Shown here: piece by piece, positions 16,459-18,170 of the stretch
Numbering within the stretch: position 1 is the stretch's first letter
Layout: every line of letters begins with the position of its first letter
NCBI GenBank assembly: GCA_038217285.1
Contig: JBBQPO010000114.1
Location: forward strand, 1-18,170
From: Chthonomonadales bacterium
GTDB taxonomy: Bacteria > Armatimonadota > Chthonomonadetes > Chthonomonadales > Chthonomonadaceae
Length of the DNA: 18,170 bases
Direction: 5' to 3'
Notes under the pieces: model-generated
What the model saw: only the letters and a program-made list of their open reading frames with translations
What the model was told of the DNA's origin: nothing
Database searches by the model: none
Translations under genes and position numbers: made by a program

Positions 16459-16905
16459 ATGGCGCATTTAGTCAGCGCGAGGCTCTCGGAGAAGACTGCG
16501 GAAAGAGTCAAGCAGTATGCGCGCAAAAAACAGCGCAGCGTCAATGAAACGGTCTCCCTCGCTTTAGAGGAATGGCTCCGGCAAAATGAGTTCGCCTTTA
16601 TCGAATTTCGGGACACCCGCGATGGTCGCATAGCCTACATGAAGAACTCGCGGCTTCCCGTCTACTGGATACTCAAGGTCGCAAAGTCCTATGACATGGA
16701 TCTGGACAAACTCTGCGCCTACTGGCCCAATCGCCCTCGCGCCTGGGTGTTGGCCGCGCTGAACTATTATGAGGTCTATAGAGAAGAGATTGACCAGCAG
16801 ATTGCCGATTATGATGCCGTTTCGTTTGAGACGCTGAAGCGTCAGCTCCCACAGATAGAAACACTCGTCCTCCCTGAGAAGGTTTTGAGCGAGGTGGCTG
16901 AGTAG
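16459..16905 (+). CDS. Antitoxin: N-terminal ribbon-helix-helix (CopG-like) plus DUF433-like domain (VapB45-like)
   Basis: GGAGG (16444-16448) before ATG 16459; MAHLVSARLSEKTAERVKQYARKKQRSVNETVSLALEEWL is RHH-like; IEFRD..GRIAYMKNSRLPVYWI..ALNYYEVYREEID is DUF433-like; adjacent to a PIN toxin gene. Confidence 0.75.
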   Translation: MAHLVSARLSEKTAERVKQYARKKQRSVNETVSLALEEWLRQNEFAFIEFRDTRDGRIAYMKNSRLPVYWILKVAKSYDMDLDKLCAYWPNRPRAWVLAALNYYEVYREEIDQQIADYDAVSFETLKRQLPQIETLVLPEKVLSEVAE

Positions 16906-16907
16906 AA

Positions 16908-17288
16908 ATGCCGTTGTCGCTCTTACTGGATGAGAACATTTCGCCTGTGGTCGCGGAGCAGATCTTACAGAAGCGCTCAGATATCAGGGTGCAGAGCATT
17001 CACCACTGGCGTAACGGTGAATATCTGAGCGTGTCTGACCTTCTCTTACTGGAAGCGGCGCACGAGGACGGCTTGACTCTGGTGACCTACGACACACAGA
17101 TTCTGTCAGAGCTTGCGTATCGCTTTGAGGAGGAGGTTCCCTTTAGTGGACTGATCTTTATCGATGACAAGACCGTTTCCTCCAACGACTTTGGAAGACT
17201 GGTCAAAGCGTTGATTTATCTGTGGGACTCTTGGAGAGAAAGGGACTGGAAGGACAGGCTGATCTACTTGCCCGCTCCACCTCTCTAA
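16908..17288 (+). CDS. DUF5615 family PIN-like toxin (VapC45-like)
   Basis: LLLDENIS, SDLLLLEAA..LTLVTYD, GLIFI motifs; starts 2 bp after the antitoxin stop. Confidence 0.8.
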   Translation: MPLSLLLDENISPVVAEQILQKRSDIRVQSIHHWRNGEYLSVSDLLLLEAAHEDGLTLVTYDTQILSELAYRFEEEVPFSGLIFIDDKTVSSNDFGRLVKALIYLWDSWRERDWKDRLIYLPAPPL

Positions 17289-17502
17289 ACGAGGGACCAC
17301 TTAAAGAGCAAGGGGAGCGTACAAACGGTCAGGGCCAGCGCGTCTAATTTTTCGCATCTCGCGAAACTCGGGGAACTGTCTAATCCGACTTTTTGATATC
17401 AACAGGGCAGGTCTAGCGACCAATGTTACTTGTTGATACGCGCTGAATCGAATTTAGCTGTGCCGGCCCTGGTCCCGTTCTTTCAGGGCGGCCCGCGTTT
17501 AG
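17285..17502. other. Highly structured 218-bp intergenic element with imperfect terminal inverted repeats (MITE-like or ncRNA)
   Basis: Ends CTAAACGAGGGAC-CACTTAAAGAGC vs reverse complement CTAAACGCGGGCCGCCCTGAAAGAAC (20/26), plus several nested internal stems (see findings). Confidence 0.5.
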
Positions 17503-18170
17503 GGGGCTGGATCGGGCGAGACACGAACCGGAATATCGAAGGCGACGGGGTCGGGCGGAAGGGCTTGGGGAGAGCGGGAGGGTGGCTGGACGTGAAACTG
17601 CATCCTGACGCAGTCGGTGCCCCGTCCGGCTCCCGTGACAGGCGCGACCCAGACTGGCAGGCTGTTCTGCCCCGTCCGTTGTTTTGCCTGCGGCATACGC
17701 ACGGAGGCCGTCTCGGGCAGTAGCGCCGTGCCATAGGGGTCGGTGATCGTGAAGTTTGCAGAGAGTGGGGGGGCGCTGCGGATCATCACGGAATTTCCCT
17801 GTCGGCTAATAGAGAGTTGTCTCTGGATACGTCCGATCCGCCCCATAAAAACCGTGGGGCTGTTGGAAAACGGCGAGTAGAAGCGTTGCTGGTCGGTCAC
17901 GTCGACATTGTCGTCCGCGATCTGGCCGCCACGAATGTCGAGACGAAACGTCAGGTCGCGCTGGCCCTGGTACAGCGTTCGGAGGCGGGCGGGACTGAGA
18001 CGCACGTCGCTGACGGTGACGGTAATGCCGTTTTTCGTGACGCTCACGGGGCCATCGGGCAGGGTCGAGGCCGGAGGAAGGGTTCGGCGCGCGGACGGCA
18101 GCGGCACGGTAAAGGTCATGGGGCGCGAGACAGGGAAGGGAGCGGCGGGACGGCGCGGCATCCAGTGCAC
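17499..18170 (-). CDS. Hypothetical protein, C-terminal part (5'-truncated by the window edge)
   Basis: Frame open to the window end, GC-rich codon usage like the core genes, beta-strand-rich sequence; no family recognised. Confidence 0.6.
   Translation of the reverse strand: MHWMPRRPAAPFPVSRPMTFTVPLPSARRTLPPASTLPDGPVSVTKNGITVTVSDVRLSPARLRTLYQGQRDLTFRLDIRGGQIADDNVDVTDQQRFYSPFSNSPTVFMGRIGRIQRQLSISRQGNSVMIRSAPPLSANFTITDPYGTALLPETASVRMPQAKQRTGQNSLPVWVAPVTGAGRGTDCVRMQFHVQPPSRSPQALPPDPVAFDIPVRVSPDPAP

Noticed and set aside
17285-17502. Integron attC interpretation of the structured element
   Set aside because: Ends (TCTAAAC/GTTTAGG) do not fit RYYYAAC/GTTRRRY, the length exceeds typical attC sites, and no integrase is in the window.

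Overview
Bacterial, mostly GC-rich chromosomal window with two visibly more AT-rich accessory blocks. Left block (1-3460): 5'-truncated AbiEi-like antitoxin plus AbiEii-like nucleotidyltransferase (type IV TA/AbiE), convergent with a DUF4209/HEPN-motif protein. Core: secreted tricorn-like S41 protease, amidohydrolase_2 gene, type II-like flavin monooxygenase, two convergent sugar-phosphate isomerase/epimerase TIM barrels, and a secreted amidohydrolase pair (three domains, only one with an intact HxH) behind a near-consensus sigma70 promoter. Right block: RHH/DUF433-like antitoxin plus DUF5615 PIN-like toxin, then a truncated hypothetical gene. Main non-coding observations: (i) a 49-bp direct repeat (44/49 identical, 1030 bp apart) that forms the RBS-containing leader of both the amidohydrolase and tricorn genes and brackets the amidohydrolase gene like a cassette; (ii) a 218-bp highly self-complementary element whose imperfect terminal inverted repeats contain the stop codons of both convergent flanking genes. 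All family calls come from motif recognition by eye; no searches were run.
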